NCBI GenBank assembly: GCA_965204745.1
Contig: OZ242010.1
Span: 2,560,001-2,624,000, forward strand
Length of the DNA stretch: 64,000 nt
Direction of reading: 5' to 3'
Source of the DNA: Candidatus Latescibacterota bacterium
Lineage (GTDB): Bacteria; Latescibacterota; UBA2968
Position 1 is the stretch's first letter; each line of letters starts with the position of its first letter. The notes below the pieces were generated by a model. It made no database searches. It was given only the letters and a program-made list of their open reading frames with translations, and was not told where the DNA came from. Positions 20,599 to 32,800 of the stretch are shown here, piece after piece. The position numbers and the translations under genes are program-made.

Positions 20599-20628
20599 TT
20601 GACAAACAAGAGCGTAATGTTGTATTTT
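20599..20628 (+). promoter_or_regulatory. Putative sigma70 promoter of adhesin 1
   Basis: TTGACA-N18-TATTTT; paralogous adhesin 2 has TTGACA-N18-TAACTT in the same position. Confidence 0.5.
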
Positions 20629-20858
20629 TTCCCGTTCACGATTTCGATTTTGAGCGCGGAGGAAAAGCCGCGCCCGGTCTGCGCGATAGCTTTGCAAAGG
20701 AGGCTCCAGATGATCACCGCCATTTTCAAACGCTGTTTGAACCTCATTTGGTCCTATGTTCCCACCGCGAAAAGTGGCGTTCATATCGCCCATCCCCGTC
20801 TTGGAGTGTGGTTCTATTTTATTGCAAAACAATCTGTTAGGATGATCAGTACAGTGTA

Positions 20859-20883
20859 CCCCCCCCCCCCCCCCCCCCCCCCC
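20859..20883 (+). repeat. Poly-C tract (C25)
   Basis: 25 consecutive C immediately upstream of the adhesin RBS/start. Confidence 0.95.
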
Positions 20884-20899
20884 TCGAGAGGGGGACAAA

Positions 20900-23800
20900 A
20901 TGATGCCCCGCTACGCTCACTTGTTGGCCCTGGTCGTGCTGGCCATGCTGGTGGCATCGGGGCCGGCTTTTGCCCAAACCGACTACGACACGGACAACGA
21001 CAACCTGATTGACGTCACCTCCTTGGCGCAACTCAATGCCATTCGCTGGGATCTCAATGGCGATGGTGCCATAGACGCAAGTGCCTCGACCAGCGATACG
21101 ACCGCCTACAACGCCGCCTTTCCCAACGCCATGTCGGGCATGGGGTGCCAGTCCACCTGCACCGGCTACGAGTTGCTCAACAACTTGGACTTTGACGAGA
21201 ACAGCGACAACGAAATCACCTCAGCAGACGCCACCTACTGGAACAGCGGCGCAGGCTGGGCGCCCATCGGCAACAGCGAGACGAAATACACCGGCACCTT
21301 CCACGGCAACGACAATACCATCTCCAACCTGTTTATCGACCGCTCTGCCGCCAACGACATCGGGCTGTTCGGCTTTGCCGAGGGCGGCACGATTCGCAAT
21401 TTGAGCCTGGTGAACGCCGATGTGACCGGCAATGCTGAAACCGCCGTCCTTGTTGGCGAAGGCAACAGGCTTCATCTCCTGCACATCCGCGTCACCGGAC
21501 AGGTCGGCGGGTTTGCACGAAGCGCCGGCCTGGTGGGCACGCTGGCGCACGGCAACTCGACCATTACCGCCTGTCGTTCCGAGGTGGATGTCACGGGGAG
21601 TTTCGCCCCTACTGGACGCGATTTTCAAGGTAGCAGTCAAAGTGGAACCTTCGGCGGCTTGGTGGGCTGGAATAGCGGCACGATAACCGCTAGCTATGCT
21701 ACCGGCACAGTCATCGGCTACTCCCACGTCGGTGGCTTGGTGGGCTTCAACGGCAACACCATCGAGCCGCGTGCTAGCATACGCGCCAGCTATGCCACCG
21801 GCGCAGCCACCGGCAGAGGCAACGTCGGTGGCTTGGTCGGTAGCAACTTCTATTCGAGCACGATAACCGGGAGCTATGCCATCGGCCCGTCCATTAGCAC
21901 GGCTAACTTTACATCGGTTGGTGGCTTGGTGGGCTTCAACTTTGGTTCAACAGTTAACCACAGCTACTACGATAGTACCGCCACCGGACGTAGCGACGCC
22001 GGACGCGGTGCCCCCCAGACCACCGCCGATCTCCAAACGCCCACCCGCTACACCGGCATCTACCAAACCTGGAACCTGAATCTGGACGGGCAACCGGGCG
22101 GCGATGATCCGTGGACCTTTGGCGCGACGGATCAGTATCCTGTCTTGAAGTATGCCGGCATGGACACCACCGCGCAGTATAACTTGCAACCGCCGAGCAT
22201 TCCGACAAGTGTGACCATGACGATAAAAGCGGACACCTTGGATGTGCGTTGGCGTGCGGTGAGTGGTGCGACGGGGTACAAGGTGCAGTGGAAATCCGGC
22301 ACGCAGAGCTACGACACCGCCTCGCGTGAAGCCACCACCACGGATACGCGCCACAAGATTCCCAACTTGACGTTTGGGACGACCTACACAGTGCGTGTCA
22401 TTGCCACCAAGACCGGTGTGCGCGATGGTCTGCCCTCAGCAGATCAGTCCCTCTTTATCTCGTTGGGCAGTCCGACTGTGATGGCGAGTGCGAAGATGGA
22501 CACGCTGACCGTGACTTGGAATGCGGTGCCCATCGCAACCGGGTATAAGGTGCAGTGGAAATCCGGGGTAGCGACTTATCCCACCGCCGATCTGACGTCC
22601 GCCGCCACGCACGGGCAAGCCACCATCGTAGGCGGGAGCACCACGACCTACAAAATCTCCAATGTGACCGCAGGGACGACCTACACGGTTCGCGTCATCG
22701 CCACGAGTACCAATGTCAATATCGCCGACAGTGACCCTTCGGAGGAAGTCATGGTGACTGCGGCGACAAACAAGCCCACCAATGTGCGCCTGACGCCTGG
22801 GCATCTCCAACTCCTCGTGGCTTGGAGCGAGGCGACCGGCGCGACAGGGTACAAAGTGCAGTGGAAGTCCGGTGGACAAAGCTACGACCCCTCTTCTCGC
22901 CAGGCGACAGTCTTTGGGATGAGCACCACGACCCACGCGATAGAGAACCTAACTTTTGGCACGACCTACACGGTGCGCGTCTTTGCCACCCTGGCAGGTG
23001 GGTCCGATAGCGATCCCTCGGACGAGCTCATGGGCGTGCCCCTCGGGATCGATTACGATGGCGATGGCGATGGCCTCATCGACATTACGACGCTGGCGCA
23101 ACTCAATGCCATCCGCTACGACCTAGATGGCAACGGCGACGCTACCCACGCCGTTTATGCCGCCGCTTTTCCCAGCCGCGATACCACCAGTAGCATCCGG
23201 ATGGGTTGCCCTTCCGGGACATGCACCGGCTACGAATTGCTCAACAACCTCGACTTTGACGAGAATGGCGACGGCGAAATTACCTCAGCAGACGCCACCT
23301 ACTGGAATGGCAACGCTGGTTGGCCCCCTATTGGGGGGACTTATACTGGCACGTTCAAGGGCAATAACAAGACCATCTCCAACCTGTACATCAACCGTCT
23401 CACTGCGGAGCTTGGTGGGGTTGAGGTTGGGCTGTTCGGCAGTGTCAGCGGCAACATTTCCGGTCTGGGGCTGAAAAATGTCAATGTAAATGGCGCCTAT
23501 GAAGTGGGTGGGTTGGTCGGTGAACAGGTGGGTGGTCGCATCCTGGGCTGTTTTGTCACAGGTCGCGTTGAGGCTCATTTTTCCGACTCCGGGCGGCATG
23601 GTGCGGGCGGTTTGGTGGGTATTTCAAGTCTTGGCCGTGACACTGCTCCTAGCGTCATCGCGGCCAGCTATGCCAATGCTGAGGTCATCTTCCGGAATGC
23701 TCGGGCGGCGGGCGGTTTGGTGGGCGCCACAGGCCAGATAACTCAGATAATAGCGTCCTACGCCATCGGGCCGGCGACTGGCTGGAGAGCGGTAGGCGGT

Positions 23801-26800
23801 CTGGGTGGGAATACTGGTACTGGTACTACTATTTCGGCTAGCTATGCCACGGGGACAGTCACTGGCACTAACTCCGAGCTGAATATACAACAAGCATACT
23901 TAGGTGGATTGGTGGGGTCGCGGGGCGTAAGCAGTGATCCGCTTGAGCGACGCCGTGCCGGAACGACTAGTAGCTATTGGGATACGGAAAGTAGCGGTAT
24001 CTCAGTCAGTCCTGCCGGCACGGGCCAGACCACCAGCGCGTTGCAGTCGGAAACGTCATACGACGGCATCTACGCCAGTTGGGATGTGGATGTCGATGGC
24101 AGGCCTGGCAATGACGCTCCGTGGACCTTTGGCGCGGCTGATCAGTATCCGGTCTTGAAGTATGCCGGCATGGACACCACCGTGCAATTTGCAATGCAAC
24201 CGCCGGGCATTCCGACAAGTGTGACCGTGACGCCACAAGGGAGCACCTTGGACGTGCGTTGGACTGCGGCGAGTTATGCGATGGGGTACAAGGTGCAGTG
24301 GAAATCCGGCATGCAGAGCTACGACGCCTCGCGTGAGGCCATCACCACGGATACGCGCACAAGGATCCCTAACTTGGCGGTTGGGACGACCTACACAGTG
24401 CGTGTCATTGCCACCAAGACCGGTGCCCGCGATGGCAGGCCCTCGGCAGAGCAGACCGGCGTTATCTTCGTGCTGGGCAGTCCGACTGTGATGGTGGCGG
24501 CGAAGTTGGACACGTTGACCGTGACTTGGAATATGGTGACCAGCGCAACCGGATATAAGGTGCAGTGGAAATCCGGGTCAGAGACTTATCCCAATGCCGA
24601 TGAGGAGTCCGCCTTGCGCGGGCAAGCCACCCTCGTAGGCGGGAGCACCACGACCTACAAAATTCCCAATGTGACCACAGGGACGACCTACACGGTTCGC
24701 GTCATCGCCACGCGTACCAATGTAGCCGACAGTGCCCCCTCGGAGGAAGTAACCGTGCTGGTTAGCCCGACGGGTGTGATGGTGCGTGCGACGGTGGACA
24801 CGCTGACCGTGACTTGGAATGCGGTGGACGATGCCACCGGGTATAAGGTGCAGTGGAAGTCCGGGTCAGAGACTTATCCCAACGCCGATTCTCAGGCCGC
24901 CACGCACGGGCAAGCTACCATCTCTGACGGGGGCACCACGACCTACGATATTTCTGGGCTGACCGCAGGGACGACCTACACGGTTCGGATCATCGCCACG
25001 AGTACCAATAGCAATGTAGCCGACAGTGTCCCTTCGGAGGAAGTGACCGGCGTTCCTCTGCTAGGCAGTCCGCCGGGTGTGGATGTGAGTGCGACGGTGG
25101 ACACGCTGACCGTGACTTGGAATGCGGTGGACGATGCCACCGGGTATAAGGTGCAGTGGAAGTCCGGGTCAGAGACTTATCCCAACGCCGATTCTCAGGC
25201 CGCCACGCACGGGCAAGCCACCATCACTGGCGGGAGTGCCACGACCTACGATATTTCTGGGCTGACCGCAGGGACGACCTACACGATTCGCGTCATCGCC
25301 ACGCACACCAATGTAGCCGACAGTGCCCCCTCGGAGGAAGTGACCGGCGTTCCCGTGCTGGATAGCCCGACTGTGATGGTGGCGGCGACGGTGGACACGC
25401 TGACCGTGACTTGGAATGTGGTGGACGATGCCACCGGGTATAAGGTGCAGTGGAAATCCGGGTTAGAGACTTATCCCAATGCCGATCTGGCGTCCGCCTT
25501 GCGCGGGCAAGCCACCCTCGTAGGCGGGAGCACCACGACCTACAAAATTCCCAATGTGACCACAGGGACGACCTACACGGTTCGCGTCATCGCCACGCGT
25601 ACCAATGTAGCCGACAGTGCCCCCTCGGAGGAAGTGACCGGCGTTCCCGTGCTGGGTAGCCCGACTGTGGAGGTGAGTGCGACGGTGGACACGCTGACCG
25701 TGACTTGGAATGTGGTGGACGATGCCACCGGGTATAAGGTGCAGTGGAAATCCGGGTCAGAGACTTATCCCAATGCCGATGAGGAGTCCGCCTTGCGCGG
25801 GCAAGCCACCCTCGTAGGCGGGAGCACCACGACCTACAAAATTCCCAATGTGACCACAGGGACGACCTACACGGTTCGCGTCATCGCCACGCGTACCAAT
25901 GTAGCCGACAGTGCCCCCTCGGAGGAAGTAACCGTGCTGGTTAGCCCGACGGGTGTGATGGTGCGTGCGACGGTGGACACGCTGACCGTGACTTGGAATG
26001 CGGTGAACGGGGCGACCGGCTACAAAGTGCAGTGGAAATCCGGGTCAGAGACTTATCCCGCCGCCGATCTGGAGTCCGCCACGCGCGGGCAAGCCACAAT
26101 CGCTGGCGGGAGTGCCACGACCTACAAAATTTCTGGGCTGACCACAGGGACGACCTACACGATTCGGATCATCGCCACGAGTACCAATAGCAATGTAGCC
26201 GACAGTGTCCCCTCGGCAGAGCAGACCGGCGTTCCCGTGCTGGGTAGCCCGACGGGTGTGGATGTTGTGCGTGTGAAGGTGGACACGCTGACCGTGACAT
26301 GGAATGCGGTGGACGATGCCACCGGGTATAAGGTGCAGTGGAAGTCCGGGGCAGCGACTTATCCCAACGCCGATCTGACGTTGGCCACGCACGGGCAAGC
26401 CACAATCGCTGGCCGGCGCACCACGACCTACAAAATTTCTGGGCTGACCGCAGGGACGACCTACACGATTCGGATCATCGCCACGCGTACCAATGTAGCC
26501 GACAGTGCCCCCTCGGCAGAGCAGACCGGCGTTCCCGTGCTGGGTAGCCCGACTGTGATGGTGAGTGCGACGGTGGACACGCTGACCGTGACCTGGAATG
26601 CGGTGCCCCTCGCAACCGGGTATAAGGTGCAGTGGAAATCCGGGTCAGAGACTTATCCCCCCTCCGATGAGGAGTCCGCCACGCACGGGCAAGCCACAAT
26701 CGCTGGCGGGAGTGCCACGACCTACAAAATTTCTGGGCTGACCGCAGGGACGACCTACACGGTTCGCGTCATCGCCACGCGTACCAATGTAGCCGACAGT

Positions 26801-29800
26801 GCCCCCTCGGCAGAGCAGACCGGCGTTCCCGTGCTGGGTAGCCCGACTGTGATGGTGGCGGCGAAGGTGGACACGCTGACCGTGACTTGGAATGCGGTGA
26901 ACGGGGCGACCGGCTACAAAGTGCAGTGGAAATCCGGGGCAGAGACTTATCCCACCTCCGATGAGGAGTCCGCCACGCGCGGGCAAGCCACAATCGCTGG
27001 CAGGAGTGCCACGACCTACAAAATTTCTGGGCTGACCGCAGGGACGCCCTACACGATTCGCGTCATCGCCACGCGTACCAATGTAGCCGACAGTGCCCCC
27101 TCGGCCGAAGTCATGGTGACCTCGGCGACCACCAGGCCCACCAATGTGCGCGTGACGTCGGGGCAGCTCCAACTCATTGTGGCTTGGACCGAGGCAACCG
27201 GCGCGAGGGGGTACAAGGTGCAGTGGAAGTCCGGTGGACAAAGCTATAACACGACGACTCGTCAGGTGGGGGTTTCTATGAACACCAGGACCTCCACGAT
27301 TGTGAACCTGACTTTTGGCACGACCTACACGGTTCGCGTCCTTGCCACCCTGGCAGGTGGGCTTAATAGCGATCCCTCGGACGAGGTCATGGGCACGCCC
27401 CAAGCGATCAATTACGACAGCGATGGCGATGGCCTCATCAATATTGAGACGCTGGCGCAACTGCATGCCATCCGCTGGGATCTCAACGGCGATGGGGTCG
27501 TCGCCGATAGTGATGCCGCGAACTACAACGCCGCCTTTCCCTACCGAGATACCACCAGCAATGTCCGGATGGGTTGTCCTTCCGGGACATGCACCGGCTA
27601 CGAACTGCTCAACAACCTAAATTTCGACACCGACGGGAGCGGGAGCATAACCTCTGCCGACACCTACCCCAACTGGACGCCCATCGGCAACTACTCGGCA
27701 ACGTTCAAAGGCAACAACAAGACGATCTCCAACCTGCACATCAACCGTGGCAGTTGGGATGATGTTGGGCTGTTTAGCCAGGTCGGCGGCAACATTTCCG
27801 GTCTGGGGCTGAAAAGTGTCAATGTAAGAGGCAGAAATCGAGTGGGTGGGTTGGTCGGTAATCAGGTGGGGGGGCGCATCCTGGGCTGTTTTGTCACGGG
27901 TCGCGTTGAGGGTACTGGTTACCATGTGGGCGGTTTGGTGGGTCATTCAATCGGCAATAATACCGTCATCGCGGTCAGCTATGCCAATGCTGAGGTCTCC
28001 GGAGGGCGGCTTCAAGAAGGGGTCGGCGGTTTGGTGGGCAGACTATATGCTACGGTGATAGCGTCCTACGCCATCGGGCCGGTGACTGGAAATAACAGGG
28101 TCGGCGGTTTGGTGGGGAGGTTGGACATTCCTCCTAGTTCGGTTAGTACCAGCTATGCCACGGGGGCAGTCACTGGGAACAACCAATCATCCACCTTTCT
28201 AGGCGGATTGATCGGGAGGGCACGAACCGGAGTGTCCCATAGTTACTGGGATAGGGAAAGTAGCGGTATCTCATCCAGTGATCGCGGCACGAGCCAGACC
28301 ACCAGCGCGTTGCAGTCAGAAACGGATTACAACGGCATCTACGCCACTTGGAATGTGGATGTCGATGGCAGGCCTGGCAATGACGATCCGTGGACCTTTG
28401 GCGCGGCGGATCAGTATCCGGTGTTGAAATATGCCGGCATGGACACCACCGCGCAATTTGCAATGCAACCGCCGGGCATTCCGACCAGTGTGACCGTGAC
28501 GCCACAAGGGGACACCTTGGACGTGCGTTGGACTGCGGCGAGTTATGCGACGGGGTACAAGGTGCAGTGGAAATCCGGCGGGCAGAACTACGCCGCCTCG
28601 CGTCAGGCCATCACCACGGATACGCGCTACAAGATCGCCAACTTGATCGGCGGGACGACTTACACAGTGCGTGTCATTGCCACCAAGACCGGTGTCCGCG
28701 ATGGTCGGCCCTCGGCAGAGCAGACCGGCGTTCTGCTGGGCATTCCGGCTGTGATGGTGGCGGCGACGGTGGACACGCTGACCGTGACTTGGAATGCGGT
28801 GGACGATGCCACCGGGTATAAGGTGCAGTGGAAATCGGGGTCAGAGACTTATCCTAACGCCGATGTGGCGTTGGCCACGCACGGGCAAGCTACTATCGCT
28901 GGCGGGCGCACCACGACCTACAAAATTTCTGGGCTGACCGCAGGGACGACCTACGCGATTCAAGTCATCGCCACGCGTACCAATGTAGCCGACAGTGCTC
29001 CTTCGGACGCGGTCATGGTGACCTTGGCGACAAACAAGCCCACCAATGTGAGCGTGACCCCGGGGCCGGTCCAACTCATTGTGCGTTGGACCGAGGCAAC
29101 CAGCGCGACAGGATACAAGGTGCAGTGGAAGTCCGGCGGACAAAGCTACAACACTTCTGATCGCCAGGCGACGGTCTCTGGGATGAGCACCACGACCTAC
29201 ACGATAGAGAACCTGACTTTTGGCACGACCTACACGGTGCGCGTCACTGCTACCCTGGCAGGTGGGACCGATAGCACGCCCTCGGACGAGGTCATGGGCA
29301 CGCCCTACGCGATCAATTACGACAGCGATGGCGATGGCCTCATCGACATTAAGACGCTGGCGCAACTGCATGCCATCCGCTGGGATCTCAACGGCGATGG
29401 GGTCGTCGCCGATACTGATACCACGAACTACAACGCCGCCTTTCCCAACCGCGATACCACCAGCAACGTCCGGATGGGTTGCCCTTCCGGAACCTGTACC
29501 GGCTACGAACTGCTCAACAACCTCAACTTTGACGAGAATGGCGACGGCGCAATCACCCAAGCAGACACTACCTACTGGAACGGCGGCACGGGTTGGGTAC
29601 CTATTGGGACTTACACCGGTACGTTCAAAGGTAATAACAAGACCATCTCCAATCTGTATATATCCTACCGATATCCAAGCCGAAGCTACAATGTTGGGCT
29701 GTTTTCAAACGTGAGTGGCGATATTTCTGGGGTTGGATTGCTCAATGTCAATGTACACGCGGAAGATGTCGTTGGTGGGTTAGTTGGTACTCTGAACGGC

Positions 29801-32800
29801 GGGCGCATAACGGGTTGTTATGTCACCGGTTTTGTTGAGGGTGGTCGTCTCGGCGTGGGCGGTTTGGCCGGCCGGGCGGTGAGCAGTGGTCACATCGCGG
29901 CCTGCTATTCCCATGCCACCGTGAGAAAGTGGCCACCTTATGTGTATAACATCCTCTATAAAGTCGGCGGGTTGGTCGGTCACCTGGGTAGCGGTGCTTC
30001 AGTGACAGCGTCCTATGCCACCGGGCCGGTGTCGGGACACGGGGGAGGGAGCCATGTCAAATCAGCGAATGGCGGTCTCGTGGGTCAGAATGACGGTACG
30101 ATTACGGCAAGCTACGCCACGGGGACGGCGACGGCGGATTCGAACGACCTGACAGGCGGTCTGTACGCTACCGGTTCTGGCACAAGCCCCGCTAGCTATT
30201 GGGATACGGAAAGTAGCAGTCTCTCAACTAGTGCTGGCGGCACGGGCCAGACCACCAGCGCGTTGCAGTCGGAAACGGACTACGACGGCATCTACGCCAA
30301 TTGGAATGTGGATGTCGATGGCAGGCCTGGCAATGACGACCCGTGGACCTTCGGTGCGGCGGATCAGTATCCCGTGTTGAAATATGCCGGCATGGATACC
30401 ACCGTGCAATTTCAACGCCAAGAAGAAGTGGCGCAGGTGACGTTGGTTTTATCTCCGGCGTCGATTGCGGAGACGGGCGCAGTTTCGACCGTAACGGCGA
30501 CGCTGGATCGCCGCGCGAGCGCGGCGACGACGATCACGGTTTCAGCGGAGGCTGTGTCGCCTGCGGTTGCGAGTGCCTTCACGCTATCGAACGCGAAAAC
30601 GCTGACCATCGCGGCGAATGCGACGACGAGCACGGGCACCGTGACGATCACAGCGGTGAACGACATGACCGATGCGCCGGACAAGCACGTGACCGTGTCT
30701 GCAACGGTGCAGGGTGGCAATGGGGCGTCGCTATCGTCTGCCGCGACATTGACGATCACAGACGATGACGCCGCGCCGGACGTGGCACTGACGCTGTCGC
30801 CCGCGTCCATCTCGGAGGCCGGCGGTGTCTCGACGGTGACTGCGACGCTGTCTCATGCGTCAAGCGCGGCGACGACGATCACGGTGCGCCCGGTGGCGGA
30901 TGCCTACACGGTGGGGTCGGATTCGACGATCATCATCGCGGCCGGGAGCACGGCGAACGCGACGGACACCGTGGTCATTACAGCGGTGAACAACACCCAA
31001 GACGCGCCTAATCGCGACGTGACCGTGTCCGGTGTGGCTGGCAACGCCCAAGGCGTGGGCAGTGTGACCGAGGCGACCTTGACGCTGGAGGACGATGACG
31101 CCGCGCCGGACGTGACGCTAATGCTGTCGCCCGCGTCCATCTCGGAGGCCGGCGGTGTCTCGACGGTGACTGCGACGCTGTCTCATGCGTCAAGCGCGGC
31201 GACGACGATCACGGTGCGCCCGGTGGCTGGTGCCTACACGGTGGGTTCGGATACGACGATCACCATCGCGGCCGGGAGTACGACGAACGCGTCGGACACG
31301 GTGGTGATCACGGCCGTGGACAACACCCGAGACGAGCCTGCGCGCGACGTGCCCGTGTCCGGTGTGGCACGCAACGCCCAAGGCGCAGGCAGGGTGATCG
31401 CGACATTGACGCTCATGGACGACGACGCTGCGCCCATAGCGACGTTGGCGGCGTCACCGTTGTCGATTTCGGAGAACCTCGGTGTTTCGACGATCACGGC
31501 GACGCTATCGCGTCCATCGAGCTCGGCAACGACGATCACAGTGCGCCCGGTGGCGGGGGCTTACACGGTGGCGGCGGATTCGACGATCACCATCGCGGCC
31601 GGGAGTACGGCGAACGCGTCGGACACGGTGGTCATCACAGCGGTGAACAATACCCAAGACGCGCCTAATCGCGACGTGGACATGTCCGTTGTGGCGGGCA
31701 ACGCCCAAGGCGCGAGGGTGACCACGACTTTGACTTTGACGCTGGAGGACGACGACCCTGCACCAACAGCGACGTTGGCGGCGTCACCGGCGTCGATTTC
31801 GGAGAACGGCGCGGTTTCGACGATCACGGCGTCACTATCGCGTCCGTCGAGCGCGGCGACGACGATCACGGTGCGCCCGGTGGCGGGTGCTTACACGGTG
31901 GGGTCGGATACGACGATCACCATCGCGGCCGGGGACACGACGAACGCGTCGGACACGGTGGTCATTACAGCGGTGGACAATCCCCAAGACGCGCCTAATC
32001 GCAGCGCGACCGTGTCCGGTGTGGCGCGCAACGCCCAAGGCGCGGGCAGTGTGACCGGGGTGACTTTGACGCTGACGGACGATGACGATGCGCCGGACGT
32101 GACGATGGTTGTATCGCCTGCGTCAATTTCAGAGAACGGCGCGATTTCGACGGTGACCGCGACCCTGTCTCACACGTCGAGCGCGGCGACGACGGTCACG
32201 GTTTCCGTGCCTACATCATCCGACTACACATTGAGCACGGCGACCACGCTGACCGTCGCGGCGGGCGAGACGACGAGCACGGGCACCGTGACGATCACGA
32301 CGGTGGACAACAGCATATCTTCGGGGAACAAGACGGTGACCGTGACGAGTACGGTAGGCAACAGCGTGGGCACGGGATCGGTCACTGATGCGACGCTGAC
32401 GATTATCGATGACGAAGTGGCGCAGGTGATGTTGATTTTGTCTCCGGCGTCGATTGCAGAGACTGGCGCGGTTTCAACAGTAACGGCGACGCTAAATCGC
32501 CCCGAGAACGCGGCGACGACGATCACGGTTTCAGCGATGGCTGTGTCGCCTGCGGATGCGAATGACTTCATGCTATCGAGCACGAACACGTTGACTATCG
32601 CGGCGAGTGCGACGACGAGCACGGGCACCGTGACGATCACAGCGGTGAACGACATGACCGATGCGCCGGACAAGGAAGTGACCGTGTCTGCAACGGTGCA
32701 GGGTGGCAATATGGCGTCGCTATCGTCTGCCGTGACATTGACGATCACAGACGATGAGGCCGCGCCGACGGTGACGCTGTCGCTGTCACCCGCGTCGATT

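Noticed and set aside
20655-20700. c-di-GMP-I riboswitch upstream of adhesin 1
   Set aside because: AAAGCC..GGTCT..GATAGC resembles only the second half; the GAAA-tetraloop hairpin is not evident. An Infernal scan would settle it.
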